This document shows, in pieces, positions 1-8,530 of a stretch of 30,148 nt of DNA. The translations under genes and the position numbers were made by a program. The stretch covers positions 1 through 30,148 of the forward strand of contig CAXTKV010000042.1 of assembly GCA_964244895.1 (NCBI GenBank). The letters run 5' to 3'. The notes beneath the pieces were generated by a model. That model worked only from the letters and a program-made list of their open reading frames with translations, did no database searches and was not told the origin of the DNA. Position 1 is the first letter of the stretch, and every line of letters starts with the position of its first letter. The DNA comes from an uncultured Deinococcales bacterium (GTDB lineage: Bacteria > Deinococcota > Deinococci > Deinococcales > JAAFIG01).

Positions 1-174
1 GCCCCGGTTGAAAAGCTGTTCGAGAACATCGAAAACGCGCAGGCCAACGGTTACGACGTGAACGCGGTCTACGATGTGACCTACGGTTTTCCCTCGAGCA
101 TCAACGCTCAAAAGAACGTTCCGGACGCGAGTTACGTCTACACGGTGACGAATTTCGCGCCCGCTTCGAAGTAA
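1..174 (+). CDS. 3' end of a protein, DUF6174-like (partial, starts before window)
   Basis: Frame 1 is open from base 1 to TAA 172-174: APVEKLFENIENAQANGYDVNAVYDVTYGFPSSINAQKNVPDASYVYTVTNFAPASK. The 'V..LF..I ... YD..YGFP..I ... Y.V.NF' pattern resembles DUF6174 C-termini. Confidence 0.6.
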   Translation, partial: APVEKLFENIENAQANGYDVNAVYDVTYGFPSSINAQKNVPDASYVYTVTNFAPASK

Positions 175-257
175 GCGCGCTTCCAGCTCGAGCGCGCGCT
201 AACGAAAGTAGGGGCAAACCTCGTCTCGAGCGATCCAAACGGTGGTTCGAAATCCGA

Positions 258-305
258 GAACACCGTCAGGCACGCGTGATTTAATTCGCGTCCCAGACGG
301 TGTTC
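258..305. repeat. Dispersed palindromic doublet (GAACACCGT-N5-ACGGTGTTC family), spacing 25 bp
   Basis: GAACACCGT caggc ACGCG ... CGCGT cccag ACGGTGTTC; centres 269 and 294. Confidence 0.9.
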
Positions 306-312
306 CTGAAAC

Positions 313-1395
313 TCAGATGTACTTCTCGAGATCCGGGTTGGCCTTCATGCGTTCGACCAGCTTCTTGATGTCCTGCGTGCGATCCTTGCGGGCCACCAGG
401 GTCACGTTGCCATCGCGCACGATCACCACGTCTTCCAGGCCGATGGTCACGATCAAATCCTCGCCGGTGGTGGTGTAGAGGATCGCGCCGGAGGTGTCCA
501 ATCCCAGGTGCTGTCCGACGCTGACGTTCGGGTCGGCGGTCTGCATCAATCGGGCCACGGCGTTCCAGTCGCCCAGGTCGTCCCATTCAAACTTGGCGGG
601 AATGACCAGCACGCGGCGGGAACGTTCCATGATGGCGCGGTCGATCGGGGATTTGGGGATCGATTCGAAAGCCGTCTGCATCGCGGCTCTCGGGCCGTTG
701 GCGACGGGTTCGAGCGCATCCAGAAGCTCCGGGGCGTGCGCGCGGAATTCCTCGATGATGGTTTTCACGGTGAAGATGAACATGCCCGCGTTCCAGAAGT
801 AACGTCCGGTCGAAAGCATCTGCTCGGCGGTCTCGAGGTCGGGCTTCTCCACGAAGCGGGCGACCTCGTGGACGGTGTGCGATCCGATCTCGCGGCGCAC
901 AACGTCGGTTTCGATGTACCCATAACCGGTCGCGGGAAACGTGGCCGTCATGCCCAACGTGACGATGCCGCCGTCCAATCGTGCGGCTTGCGCGGCTGCC
1001 TCGACCGTCTCCTGAAAGGCCAGCACATCACCGACGCGGTGATCGGACGGGAACACGCCCATGACGGCATCCGGGCCGTGGTGCGCCCGCACGCGCAACG
1101 CGGCCAGCAGCACGGCGGGCGCGGTGTCGCGGGCCATCGGTTCGACCACCAGGTTTTCCAGGGGCAAATCCGGCAGGTGCTCCAAGATCAAGCCCCGGTG
1201 CTGCTGCCCGGTCACGATGTAAACGCGTTCCAGCCCACCGCACAGGGGTTCCAGGCGGTCGGCGGTGGCTTGCAGCAAGCTGCGTCCCGTGCCATCCAGC
1301 GCCAGGAATTGCTTGGGCTTGGCGCGCCGGGAGAGCGGCCAGAAGCGCTCGCCGCTGCCGCCAGCCAGGATCACGGGGATCAGGGTCTCGCTCAT
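313..1395 (-). CDS. manC: Mannose-1-phosphate guanylyltransferase
   Basis: VILAGGSGERFWPLSR..PKQF, EP..RDTAPA, PSDH, P.TGYGYI, FVEKP, WNAGMF and WDDLGDW motifs. TAGACT lies 6 nt before the ATG. Confidence 0.95.
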   Translation of the reverse strand: MSETLIPVILAGGSGERFWPLSRRAKPKQFLALDGTGRSLLQATADRLEPLCGGLERVYIVTGQQHRGLILEHLPDLPLENLVVEPMARDTAPAVLLAALRVRAHHGPDAVMGVFPSDHRVGDVLAFQETVEAAAQAARLDGGIVTLGMTATFPATGYGYIETDVVRREIGSHTVHEVARFVEKPDLETAEQMLSTGRYFWNAGMFIFTVKTIIEEFRAHAPELLDALEPVANGPRAAMQTAFESIPKSPIDRAIMERSRRVLVIPAKFEWDDLGDWNAVARLMQTADPNVSVGQHLGLDTSGAILYTTTGEDLIVTIGLEDVVIVRDGNVTLVARKDRTQDIKKLVERMKANPDLEKYI

Positions 1396-1440
1396 CGGGG
1401 CAGTCTAGGCCAGATTCCTTAAGGGGGGGTTTAAGGCGTG

Positions 1441-1537
1441 GGTGAAAGTTCAAAAGGTGAAAGAAAATACTCGAGGCGCGACGCACGATGGGGTCTTGAA
1501 CTTCCACTTTTACCTTTCCCCTTTTCGCTTTCCCTGT
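1441..1537. repeat. Degenerate heptamer run (TYNNCTT x6) with a purine-rich counterpart upstream
   Basis: 1496-1537 reads ttgaact tccactt ttacctt tcccctt ttcgctt tccctgt. 1441-1467 is purine-rich and partly complementary (aagttcaa / ttgaactt). Confidence 0.5.
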
Positions 1538-1538
1538 C

Positions 1539-2267
1539 TCACTGTTCATGGTCGAACCCGGCCTTGAGCGCCCCCCAGCGCGAGTTATTCAGGCTGACAT
1601 CGGGCGGGATGTGAACCCTGGCGGATGATCTCGAGCCGGGTTGCACGCCGGGGTTGCGGCGGTGCGCCAGTTCAAAGACGCTCTTGCGTTCGGTCACGAC
1701 GTGGAGCACGTCATCTTGAACGCGATCAAGGTTGAGCATCAACGACAGAATTTCCGCAGCGATCACGTCGGTGAAATCCGCGCTGGTGAATTGATCGTCG
1801 AAGGCGATGGGGTACCGCCAGACGGCGTCCTTGAAGGTCGTGCGCACAATCAACGCGTTACGGGCAGACCTGGCGGCTTCCTCGGCCACGGTTTTGGTCA
1901 GGCTGTAGTAGTTGCTCGGGTTGGGCGCGTCGGTTTCCGTGTACAGGCCGCGTTCTCCGTCGAAGACGTAATCGGTGGAAAAATGCACCAGCCTTCCCGG
2001 TGCGTGCCGCGCGACGTGGCGCGTGCCCGCGACGTTGACGGCCCAGCACTGCTCGCGTTCCTTCTCGGCCTTGGCCACGTCGGTGTAGGCCGCCAGGTGC
2101 AGCACGATATCGGGTTGCGCAGCCTCGAGCGCATCTGCCACGGCGGTTTCGTCGGTGATGTCCAGGTCGCGGCTCGGTGGCGCCGTCACGTTCCAGCCGC
2201 GAGCCTCGAGTTGTGGGATCAGTTCCTTGCCCATGCGGCCATGGCCGCCCGTCACAAACAGGTTCAC
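1539..2267 (-). CDS. rfbD: dTDP-4-dehydrorhamnose reductase (RfbD/RmlD-family SDR)
   Basis: VTGG.G.MG, LDIT, H.AAYT.V..AE, STDYVFDG, Y.E.D.PNP.NYY..TK motifs. Start placed at GTG 2267 because TAACCT lies 6 nt upstream; the ORF track gives 2273. Confidence 0.88.
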   Translation of the reverse strand: MNLFVTGGHGRMGKELIPQLEARGWNVTAPPSRDLDITDETAVADALEAAQPDIVLHLAAYTDVAKAEKEREQCWAVNVAGTRHVARHAPGRLVHFSTDYVFDGERGLYTETDAPNPSNYYSLTKTVAEEAARSARNALIVRTTFKDAVWRYPIAFDDQFTSADFTDVIAAEILSLMLNLDRVQDDVLHVVTERKSVFELAHRRNPGVQPGSRSSARVHIPPDVSLNNSRWGALKAGFDHEQ

Positions 2268-2374
2268 CCGCACAGGTTAACGCACCGGGACAAAAACTCG
2301 AACCGGACGGATTGCGCAGGTGACAGCTCGAGGGTCGCGTCATCGACCACAGAACCTCGAGGCTGGATTCTCGA

Positions 2375-2433
2375 GAAGACCGTGCTGGACGATGTTTCTT
2401 GTGAATCAGAAACCACTGTGCTGGACGGTCTTA
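2375..2433. repeat. Dispersed palindromic doublet, spacing 36 bp
   Basis: GAAGACCGT gctgg ACGATGTTT ... TGT gctgg ACGGTCTTA; centres 2386 and 2422; overlaps the GntR stop codon. Confidence 0.8.
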
Positions 2434-3216
2434 ATGCGACGGCTGCAATTCGACCACGAAATCGTAACGGTCGCCCCGGTACTGGCTGCGAACGAATTCG
2501 ATGGGTGCGCCAGCCGCATCCCAGGTCACGCGCAGGATCGACAGGATCGAAGCGCCCTCGGGAACTTCCAGCAATCGGGCGGTGGTCGCGTCGGCGGGCG
2601 CGGCGCGCAGGTGCTGGATGGCGCGGTGGGGCGTGAAACCTCTGGTGCGCAACAAATCGTAGAGGCTGCGGTTCTGCACGTCCTCCAGGCGCAAATCTCC
2701 GGCGACCTGCTCGGGCAAGCTTGAAGTCTCGAGCGCGAGCGGCGCGCCGTCGGCGGTGCGCAATCGGCGCAGGCGGGCGATGCGCGCGGAAGGCCCCAGC
2801 CCGAGCGAGAGGGCTTCGTCGGGCGATGGCCTGCCGTGCTCAAAAGACAGCACCCGACCGCCGGGCACGAAACCCCTGGAGCGCATGTCCTCGGAAAAAC
2901 TGGTCAGGGCGCTCAGGCTCTGCACGATCCGGCGCGGCGCGACGTAGGTTCCAGAACCGTGGCGGCGGATCAGCACGCCGTCCGCCTCGAGCCCCAGCAA
3001 GGCCTGGCGCACCGTCATGCGGCTGACGCCGAGCGCGTCGGCCAGATCGCGTTCTGAAGGTAACGCACTGCCTTCCGGAAGGTCTCCGGCATCGATGCGT
3101 TCCAGCAACCCGCGCCGGATTTGCAGGTACACCGGGGTCGGACTCTGCGGGTCGAGCGTCACCTGCAAGCCGACGCGGACGGTCGGGCGGCGATCAGTGC
3201 GGGCGGTTCGGGTCAT
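2431..3216 (-). CDS. GntR-family regulator, HutC subfamily (wHTH + UTRA)
   Basis: PVYLQI...LPSERDLA..LGVSRMTVRQAL..L..DG.L.RRHGSGTYV HTH; C-terminal UTRA (RLR.ADG.PLALE, SLY, EF.RS.YRGDRY). Exact start uncertain. Confidence 0.93.
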   Translation of the reverse strand: MTRTARTDRRPTVRVGLQVTLDPQSPTPVYLQIRRGLLERIDAGDLPEGSALPSERDLADALGVSRMTVRQALLGLEADGVLIRRHGSGTYVAPRRIVQSLSALTSFSEDMRSRGFVPGGRVLSFEHGRPSPDEALSLGLGPSARIARLRRLRTADGAPLALETSSLPEQVAGDLRLEDVQNRSLYDLLRTRGFTPHRAIQHLRAAPADATTARLLEVPEGASILSILRVTWDAAGAPIEFVRSQYRGDRYDFVVELQPSH

Positions 3217-3227
3217 GGTTCGGGGTT

Positions 3228-3246
3228 ACTGTACCAGTATTAGACC
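3228..3246 (-). promoter_or_regulatory. Candidate GntR operator overlapping a -10 box (TACAGT) of the gntR promoter
   Basis: Minus strand GGTCTAATACTGGTACAGT matches 3489-3507 at 14 of the first 17 positions. Confidence 0.6.
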
Positions 3247-3488
3247 TGTCGATGTTCGAGCCCGTTCGCAGTTCAGGCCCGGAATCTCGAGCCGGAACCG
3301 ACGGCGCGAGGGGCATCCGATACCGTTCGATGACCGCGTCTCAGGTCAGAGAAAGCGCCGTCCCAAAGCGACTCTCGAGCCACAGCTCATTCACACCTCG
3401 GCCCTTTTCGACCGTCATCAACATTTGAGCACACCGCAGCGAGCGCACGGGCTCGAGGACGCAGACGTTCGAGCGCATCTTGTTCGGT

Positions 3489-3507
3489 GGTCTAGGACTG
3501 GTATAAG
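3489..3507 (+). promoter_or_regulatory. Candidate GntR operator overlapping an extended -10-like box (TGgTATAAG) of the ABC operon
   Basis: GGTCTAGGACTGGTATAAG; TGGTCTA/TGGTATA half-sites resemble DasR/NagR-type boxes. Confidence 0.6.
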
Positions 3508-3546
3508 CTGATCGCGTTTTACAACCAGCAATCCCCAGGAGGTTCG

Positions 3547-5358
3547 ATGATGAAAAAGTCGTACAACGGGCTTTCGTACAAAGGAATCACCGCAGCATTG
3601 GTCGGCCTGGGCGTTCTGACAGCCACCCTGACGGGCGCGTTGGCGGGTCCACCGGAGGGCGCCAAGAAAATGCCCGCCTACACGGGCATCGGCCTTCAGG
3701 CGGGCAAGGCGGGCGGCACGCTGACGCTGGCCCTCGGCAACTCGCCGCAGACGTTCAACTACTACGGCGCAATCGACAGCAACGGTCAACGCATCGCGCA
3801 GCACATGTTCGATGGCCTGATCGAAGCCAACTTACAAACCGGCAAGATCGAACCCGCGCTGGCCGAATCCTGGACGATCAGCCCGGACGGCAAGGCCTAC
3901 ACCTTCAAGCTGCGCCAGGGCGTGAAATGGCACGACGGCGCGGAATTCACCGCCGACGACGTGATCTTCACCTTCGATCAGGTCATCACCGACCCGGAAG
4001 CCAAGGGCGGGGATTTCGCCAACTTTTCAAAGGACGGCGTCAAGTACAAGTTTGAAAAACTGGACAAGTACACCGTCAGGATCACGTTGCCCTTCTCGAG
4101 CGGCGCGTTCCTGGTGCAGATGCGCACCTTCATCATGCCCAAGCACAAGCTCTTGAAATACAGCGTCGAGGGCGGCGCGAAACCCGCCGACATCAACGAT
4201 GCCTGGGCGACCAACAGCCCGCTTTCGGACATCGTCGGTACGGGCGCGTACAAGCTCAGCAGTTACACGCCCGGCCAGAAGGTCTCCTTGACCAAGAACC
4301 CGGATTACTGGAAGGTCGATTCCAAGGGCACGCCGCTGCCGTACATCGACAAGCTCGACTACCTGATCCTGGTCGGCCCCGCCGCGCAGGAAGCCGCCTT
4401 CCGAGCGGGCACGCTGGACGCCTTGGACATCAGCGGCGCGCAGTTCCCGGATTTCAAGCAGCAGGAAGTCAAGGGCGCACCCTTCAAGGTCGTGTCGCAG
4501 CTCAAGGACGCGATCTACGGCAGCCCGCCGCACTTGGCCTTCAACTTCGACGCCGCCGATCCTGATCTGGCCAAGGTCTTCGGGAATTACAAATTCCGCG
4601 AGGCGATGCAGTCCGCCGTCAACCGCCAACGCATCATTGAAAGCGTCTACAACGGTCAGGCGCAACTGCCCGGCCACATGGGCGTGCCGCCCGCAGGCGT
4701 GTTCTACACGGACACCCGCAAGTACCTGGGCGAGTTCGATCTCAAGACCGCCGCCGCCGCGCTGGACGACCTGGGCCTCAAGGACACCGACGGCGACGGC
4801 GTGCGCAACATCAGCGCCAGCAAGCAGCTCGAGTTCAGCCTGACCTACGGCACGGATTCTGCCGTCTACCCACCGCTGGCCACGATCCTGCAAAACGATT
4901 TCAAATCGATCGGCGTCAAGGCGAACCTCAAGGGCGTGCTCTCGAGCACCCTGTTGTCCACGGGACTTTCGGGCAATTACGAGGCGATCATCGTGGCCCT
5001 GGGCGATCAGCCCGACCCGGAACTCAGAAAGCCGATCTGGCAACCCGGCGGCAGCCTGTACTACTGGCACCGCAGCACACAACCCACCAAAGACGGCGGC
5101 CCAGCCAACACCAAGGCCATGGCGGGTTGGGAAAAGCGCCTGTACACGATCTTCGAGAAGGGCACGCAATCGAGCGATCAGAGCGTGCGCGCCGCGCTGT
5201 ACTCCGAAGGTCAGGTGCTGACCGCCAAGTACCTGCCGGTGATCATGATCGCCAAGCCCGCCAACATCACGGTCACGCGCAACACGCTCGGGAATTTCGT
5301 GTACTCGCTCGGCGTGATTCCCGGTTACAACCCGGTGCCGCTGTACTACTTCAAGTGA
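3547..5358 (+). CDS. ABC transporter substrate-binding protein, family 5 (DppA/OppA-like), copy 1
   Basis: Signal peptide; P.LAESW..SPDGK.YTFKLR.GVKWHDG..FTADDV.FT; VGTG.YKL; KNPDYWK; SD AGGAGG. Confidence 0.95.
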   Translation: MMKKSYNGLSYKGITAALVGLGVLTATLTGALAGPPEGAKKMPAYTGIGLQAGKAGGTLTLALGNSPQTFNYYGAIDSNGQRIAQHMFDGLIEANLQTGKIEPALAESWTISPDGKAYTFKLRQGVKWHDGAEFTADDVIFTFDQVITDPEAKGGDFANFSKDGVKYKFEKLDKYTVRITLPFSSGAFLVQMRTFIMPKHKLLKYSVEGGAKPADINDAWATNSPLSDIVGTGAYKLSSYTPGQKVSLTKNPDYWKVDSKGTPLPYIDKLDYLILVGPAAQEAAFRAGTLDALDISGAQFPDFKQQEVKGAPFKVVSQLKDAIYGSPPHLAFNFDAADPDLAKVFGNYKFREAMQSAVNRQRIIESVYNGQAQLPGHMGVPPAGVFYTDTRKYLGEFDLKTAAAALDDLGLKDTDGDGVRNISASKQLEFSLTYGTDSAVYPPLATILQNDFKSIGVKANLKGVLSSTLLSTGLSGNYEAIIVALGDQPDPELRKPIWQPGGSLYYWHRSTQPTKDGGPANTKAMAGWEKRLYTIFEKGTQSSDQSVRAALYSEGQVLTAKYLPVIMIAKPANITVTRNTLGNFVYSLGVIPGYNPVPLYYFK

Positions 5359-5365
5359 CCGTCAA

Positions 5366-5400
5366 GGCTCGAGGGGAGCGTTCCCCTCGAGCTATTTTTT
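5366..5400 (+). terminator. Intrinsic terminator or stabilising hairpin after SBP1
   Basis: GCTCGAGGGGA-gcgt-TCCCCTCGAGC followed by TATTTTTT. Confidence 0.8.
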
Positions 5401-5414
5401 CGGCGATCGGCTCA

Positions 5415-5472
5415 AAACACCGTCACAGACGATGTTCTCGAGGAATAGAAAAACGCGTGCTGAACGGTGTGC
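5415..5472. repeat. Dispersed palindromic doublet, spacing 35 bp
   Basis: AAACACCGT cacag ACGATGTTC ... CGCGT gctga ACGGTGTGC; centres 5426 and 5461. Confidence 0.85.
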
Positions 5473-5514
5473 TGGCTCAAGGAAGCTCGAGCCAGGAATC
5501 TTCAAGGAGGAACA

Positions 5515-7272
5515 ATGCGTCGAACCACGTTGTTGACCGCCACCCTGACGGGTATCGCGCTCACCGGGGCGCTGACCGCGCTGGCGGCCACGCCGGACGG
5601 CAAGCTCTCCCGGATGCCGGGACTGAACCTGAGCATCGGCAAATCGGGCGGCACCTACACGCTCGCCTTGCCCGCCAGCCCCGGATCGTTTAACTACTAC
5701 GGCATCACCGACAACAACGCTTACACCGTGATCGGCAACGTCTTCGAGGGCCTGGTCGAGTACAACCTCGAGACCTACAAGATGGAACCCAACCTGGCCG
5801 AATCCTGGACGACCAGCCCGGACGGCAAGATCTGGACCTTCAAGCTCCGGAAATCCGTCAAATGGCACGACGGCGCGGACTTCAGCGCCGACGACGTGGT
5901 TTTTACCTTCAAGAACTTTATTTTCAACACCGAAGCGCGCGGCAATTCCGCCGCCGACTTCCCGGATGCCAAAGTTGAAAAAGTGGACGCCGACACCGTG
6001 CGCTTCACGCTCTCCAAGCCCTCCGGCGCGATTTTGCAAAGCCTGCGGTTGTTCATCCTGCCGCGCCACAAACTCCTCAAATTCACACCCGAAGGCGGCG
6101 CCAAGGCCGCCGATGTCAACACGCCCTGGGGCACCGGCACCGACCTCAAGGAAATCGTCGGCACGGGGCCGTTCAAGTTTTCCAACTACGTGCCCGACCA
6201 GAAAGTCACGCTCGAGAAGAACCCGAACTACTGGAAGACCGACAGCGCGGGCAACCACCTGCCGTACCTGGACAAGCTCGAATACCTGATCATCAAGGCC
6301 CCCGAGCAGCGCGTGGCACAGCTCAAGGCGGGCAACCTGGACGCCTTGAACATCACCGGCGGGCAGTTCCCGGAACTCAAGCAAGCAGAGACGCAGGGCG
6401 CGCCCTTCAAGGTCGTCAAGGCGCTGGCCCTGTTCGGATCGCCACCGCACTTGTCTTTTAACTTCGACGCCAAAGACGCAGACCTGGCGCGCGTCTTTGC
6501 CAACGACAAATTCCGCCAGGCCGTGCAACCCGCCGTCAACCGCGAACGCATCATCGATCAGGTCTTCAGCGGCCTGGCGACCCTGCCGGGAACGCCCGTC
6601 GCACCCGTCTCGAGCTGGTACACCGACACGACCAGCTACCTGGGGAAGTACGATCTCAAGGCCGCCAACACCGCGCTGGACGCGTTGGGCCTGAAGGACA
6701 CCGACGGCGACGGCGTGCGCAACGCCGGAACCAAAAACCTCGAGTTCTCGCTGATCGTCCCGACCGACAACGCGTTTTTTGACGGCCCACCGATCGGCAC
6801 GATCATCCAGAACGACCTCAAGGCCATCGGTCTCAAGGCCAACTTGCAACCCTTGCAGAACAGCGCCGTCTTCGCCAAACTTTCAGCCGGTGACTTCGAG
6901 GCCGCGATCTACGGCTTCGGCAACCAGCCCGACCCGCAGTTGCGCAAGGCCATCTGGCAACCCGGCGGGCAGTTGTACTACTGGCACCAGTCCATGCGCA
7001 CCAAGGACGCCAGCAAGCCTGACCTGACCAAGATGAAAAGCTGGGAGAAGCGCATCTACACGATCTTCGATCAGGCCGAAGCGCTGGTGGATCAATCGCA
7101 ACGCAAGGCGCTCTACGACGAATGGCAGTTGCTGAACGCCCGGTATTTGCCGGTGATCATGATCGCCAAGGCCGCGAACATCGCCGCCGTCAGCAACAAG
7201 GTCGGGAATTTCGTGTACAACCTCGGGCCGATCCCCGGTTACGTCACGAACCAGATCATCTACCTGAAGTGA
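5515..7272 (+). CDS. ABC transporter substrate-binding protein, family 5, copy 2 (paralogue of copy 1)
   Basis: Same motifs as copy 1 with long identical stretches (GSPPHL.FNFDA.D.DLA.VF, LGLKDTDGDGVRN, IWQPGG.LYYWH). ATG 5515 follows SD AAGGAGG. Confidence 0.95.
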   Translation: MRRTTLLTATLTGIALTGALTALAATPDGKLSRMPGLNLSIGKSGGTYTLALPASPGSFNYYGITDNNAYTVIGNVFEGLVEYNLETYKMEPNLAESWTTSPDGKIWTFKLRKSVKWHDGADFSADDVVFTFKNFIFNTEARGNSAADFPDAKVEKVDADTVRFTLSKPSGAILQSLRLFILPRHKLLKFTPEGGAKAADVNTPWGTGTDLKEIVGTGPFKFSNYVPDQKVTLEKNPNYWKTDSAGNHLPYLDKLEYLIIKAPEQRVAQLKAGNLDALNITGGQFPELKQAETQGAPFKVVKALALFGSPPHLSFNFDAKDADLARVFANDKFRQAVQPAVNRERIIDQVFSGLATLPGTPVAPVSSWYTDTTSYLGKYDLKAANTALDALGLKDTDGDGVRNAGTKNLEFSLIVPTDNAFFDGPPIGTIIQNDLKAIGLKANLQPLQNSAVFAKLSAGDFEAAIYGFGNQPDPQLRKAIWQPGGQLYYWHQSMRTKDASKPDLTKMKSWEKRIYTIFDQAEALVDQSQRKALYDEWQLLNARYLPVIMIAKAANIAAVSNKVGNFVYNLGPIPGYVTNQIIYLK

Positions 7273-7278
7273 ACCTGG

Positions 7279-7322
7279 CTCGAGGGGCGATTTCACGGTG
7301 GCCTCGCCCCTCGAGATGTTTT
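7279..7322 (+). terminator. Hairpin after SBP2 (weak terminator or mRNA stabiliser)
   Basis: CTCGAGGGGCGA (7279-7290) pairs with TCGCCCCTCGAG (7304-7315), followed by ATGTTTT. Confidence 0.65.
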
Positions 7323-7324
7323 AG

Positions 7325-7382
7325 GAACACCGTCCCACACGCTAAAATAAGTGACTCGAGAACCGCGTCCCAAACGGTCTTC
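7325..7382. repeat. Dispersed palindromic doublet, spacing 35 bp
   Basis: GAACACCGT cccac ACGC ... CGCGT cccaa ACGGTCTTC; centres 7336 and 7371. Confidence 0.85.
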
Positions 7383-7465
7383 TCAGGGAACGAAGAACGA
7401 CAAAGATTCTTCAGAGCGCCCATTCGGACAACTCGAACCCACACTCGAAACCCAGAGACTGAACC

Positions 7466-8437
7466 ATGGCGACTTACATCTTCCGACGCGTGCTAGCGAT
7501 CTTCCCGACACTTCTATTGGTTTCGGCGGTGTCGTTCTTCGTGATTCAACTCCAACCGGGCAGCTTCATCGACGCGTACCTCGAGGACCCGCGCTTCACC
7601 AAGGAGACCGCCGAACGCATCCGCGTGCAGGTCGGACTGGACAAACCGCTGGTGGTGCAGTACGGCAACTGGGTCTGGGGCATCGTGACGCGCGGGGATT
7701 TCGGTTTTTCGTTCGTCAACAACCGTTCCGTCACCAGTTTGATCGGGGAACGAATCATCTACACCATCGAGATCGCCGGGCTGGCGCTGGTGTTCTCGTG
7801 GCTGATCGCGGTGCCGCTCGGGATTTACACGGCGGTCAGACGGAATTCCCCGGCGGACGCGACCGCCAGCTTCGCCGGGTACATCGGGCTGGCGGTTCCA
7901 GATTTCCTGCTGGCGCTGATTCTGGTCTCGATCATCCTGAAACTGGGCGGCACGAACGTGGGCGGGTTGTTCAGCAAGCAGTACATCGATGCGCCGTGGA
8001 GTTGGGCCAGGCTCGGCGATCACCTCTCGCACCTGTGGTTGCCATTGCTGGTCTTGGGGCCGAACCACATTGCGACCCTGCAACGCCAGATGCGCGCCAG
8101 CATGCTGGACGTGCTGAACCAGGATTACGTGCGCACCGCCAGAGCCAAAGGCTTGTCTGAACGCATCGTCGTGTACCGCCACGCCGTCAGGAACGCGATC
8201 AACCCGCTCGTGTCGCTGGCGGGCTTGCAGGTTCCCGAACTGATCAACGGCACGATCATCGGTTCGCTGGTGCTGGGCTTGCCGACCATCGGGCCTTTTT
8301 TGTACGACTCTTTGTTGAACAAGGATCAGTACGTCGTGATGACGATGCTGCTGCTGTCCAGTCTGATGCTGATGGTCGGCAACCTGCTGGCGGACGTGAC
8401 GCTGGCGGCAGTCGATCCGCGAATCCGTTACGAGTAA
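7466..8437 (+). CDS. ABC transporter permease, DppB/OppB type
   Basis: YI.RR.L..PTL..VS..F..IQL.PG; GLDKPL..QY..W; GDFG.S; EAA loop DYVRTARAKGL...V..RHAVRNA. Confidence 0.95.
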   Translation: MATYIFRRVLAIFPTLLLVSAVSFFVIQLQPGSFIDAYLEDPRFTKETAERIRVQVGLDKPLVVQYGNWVWGIVTRGDFGFSFVNNRSVTSLIGERIIYTIEIAGLALVFSWLIAVPLGIYTAVRRNSPADATASFAGYIGLAVPDFLLALILVSIILKLGGTNVGGLFSKQYIDAPWSWARLGDHLSHLWLPLLVLGPNHIATLQRQMRASMLDVLNQDYVRTARAKGLSERIVVYRHAVRNAINPLVSLAGLQVPELINGTIIGSLVLGLPTIGPFLYDSLLNKDQYVVMTMLLLSSLMLMVGNLLADVTLAAVDPRIRYE

Positions 8438-8463
8438 CCGATCATCTCGAGCCGTATTCTCGA

Positions 8464-8511
8464 GAACACCGTCCCAGACGCAATTAAAGAACCTCGTGCC
8501 AGACGGTGTTC
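8464..8511. repeat. Dispersed palindromic doublet, spacing 25 bp
   Basis: GAACACCGT cccag ACGCA ... TCGT gccag ACGGTGTTC; centres 8475 and 8500. Confidence 0.9.
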
Positions 8512-8530
8512 CCAGAGCGAAGGAATCTTG

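Noticed and set aside
508..1422. Long antisense or alternative-frame ORFs (e.g. 508-1422, 4027-5169, 5392-6849, 7514-8932, 9664-10809, 11802-12962, 16644-17768, 28167-29363)
   Set aside because: Shadow ORFs of well-supported genes in GC-rich DNA; no recognisable motifs.
3318..3375. Two half-site-like words 35 bp apart (GATACCGT, GCGCCGT) in the gntR-SBP gap
   Set aside because: Both lack the ACG arm; too degenerate to count in the family.
8180..8197. ACGCCGT-cagga-ACGCG inside the DppB-type permease
   Set aside because: Encodes the conserved HAVRNA motif and has no phased partner; probably coincidental.
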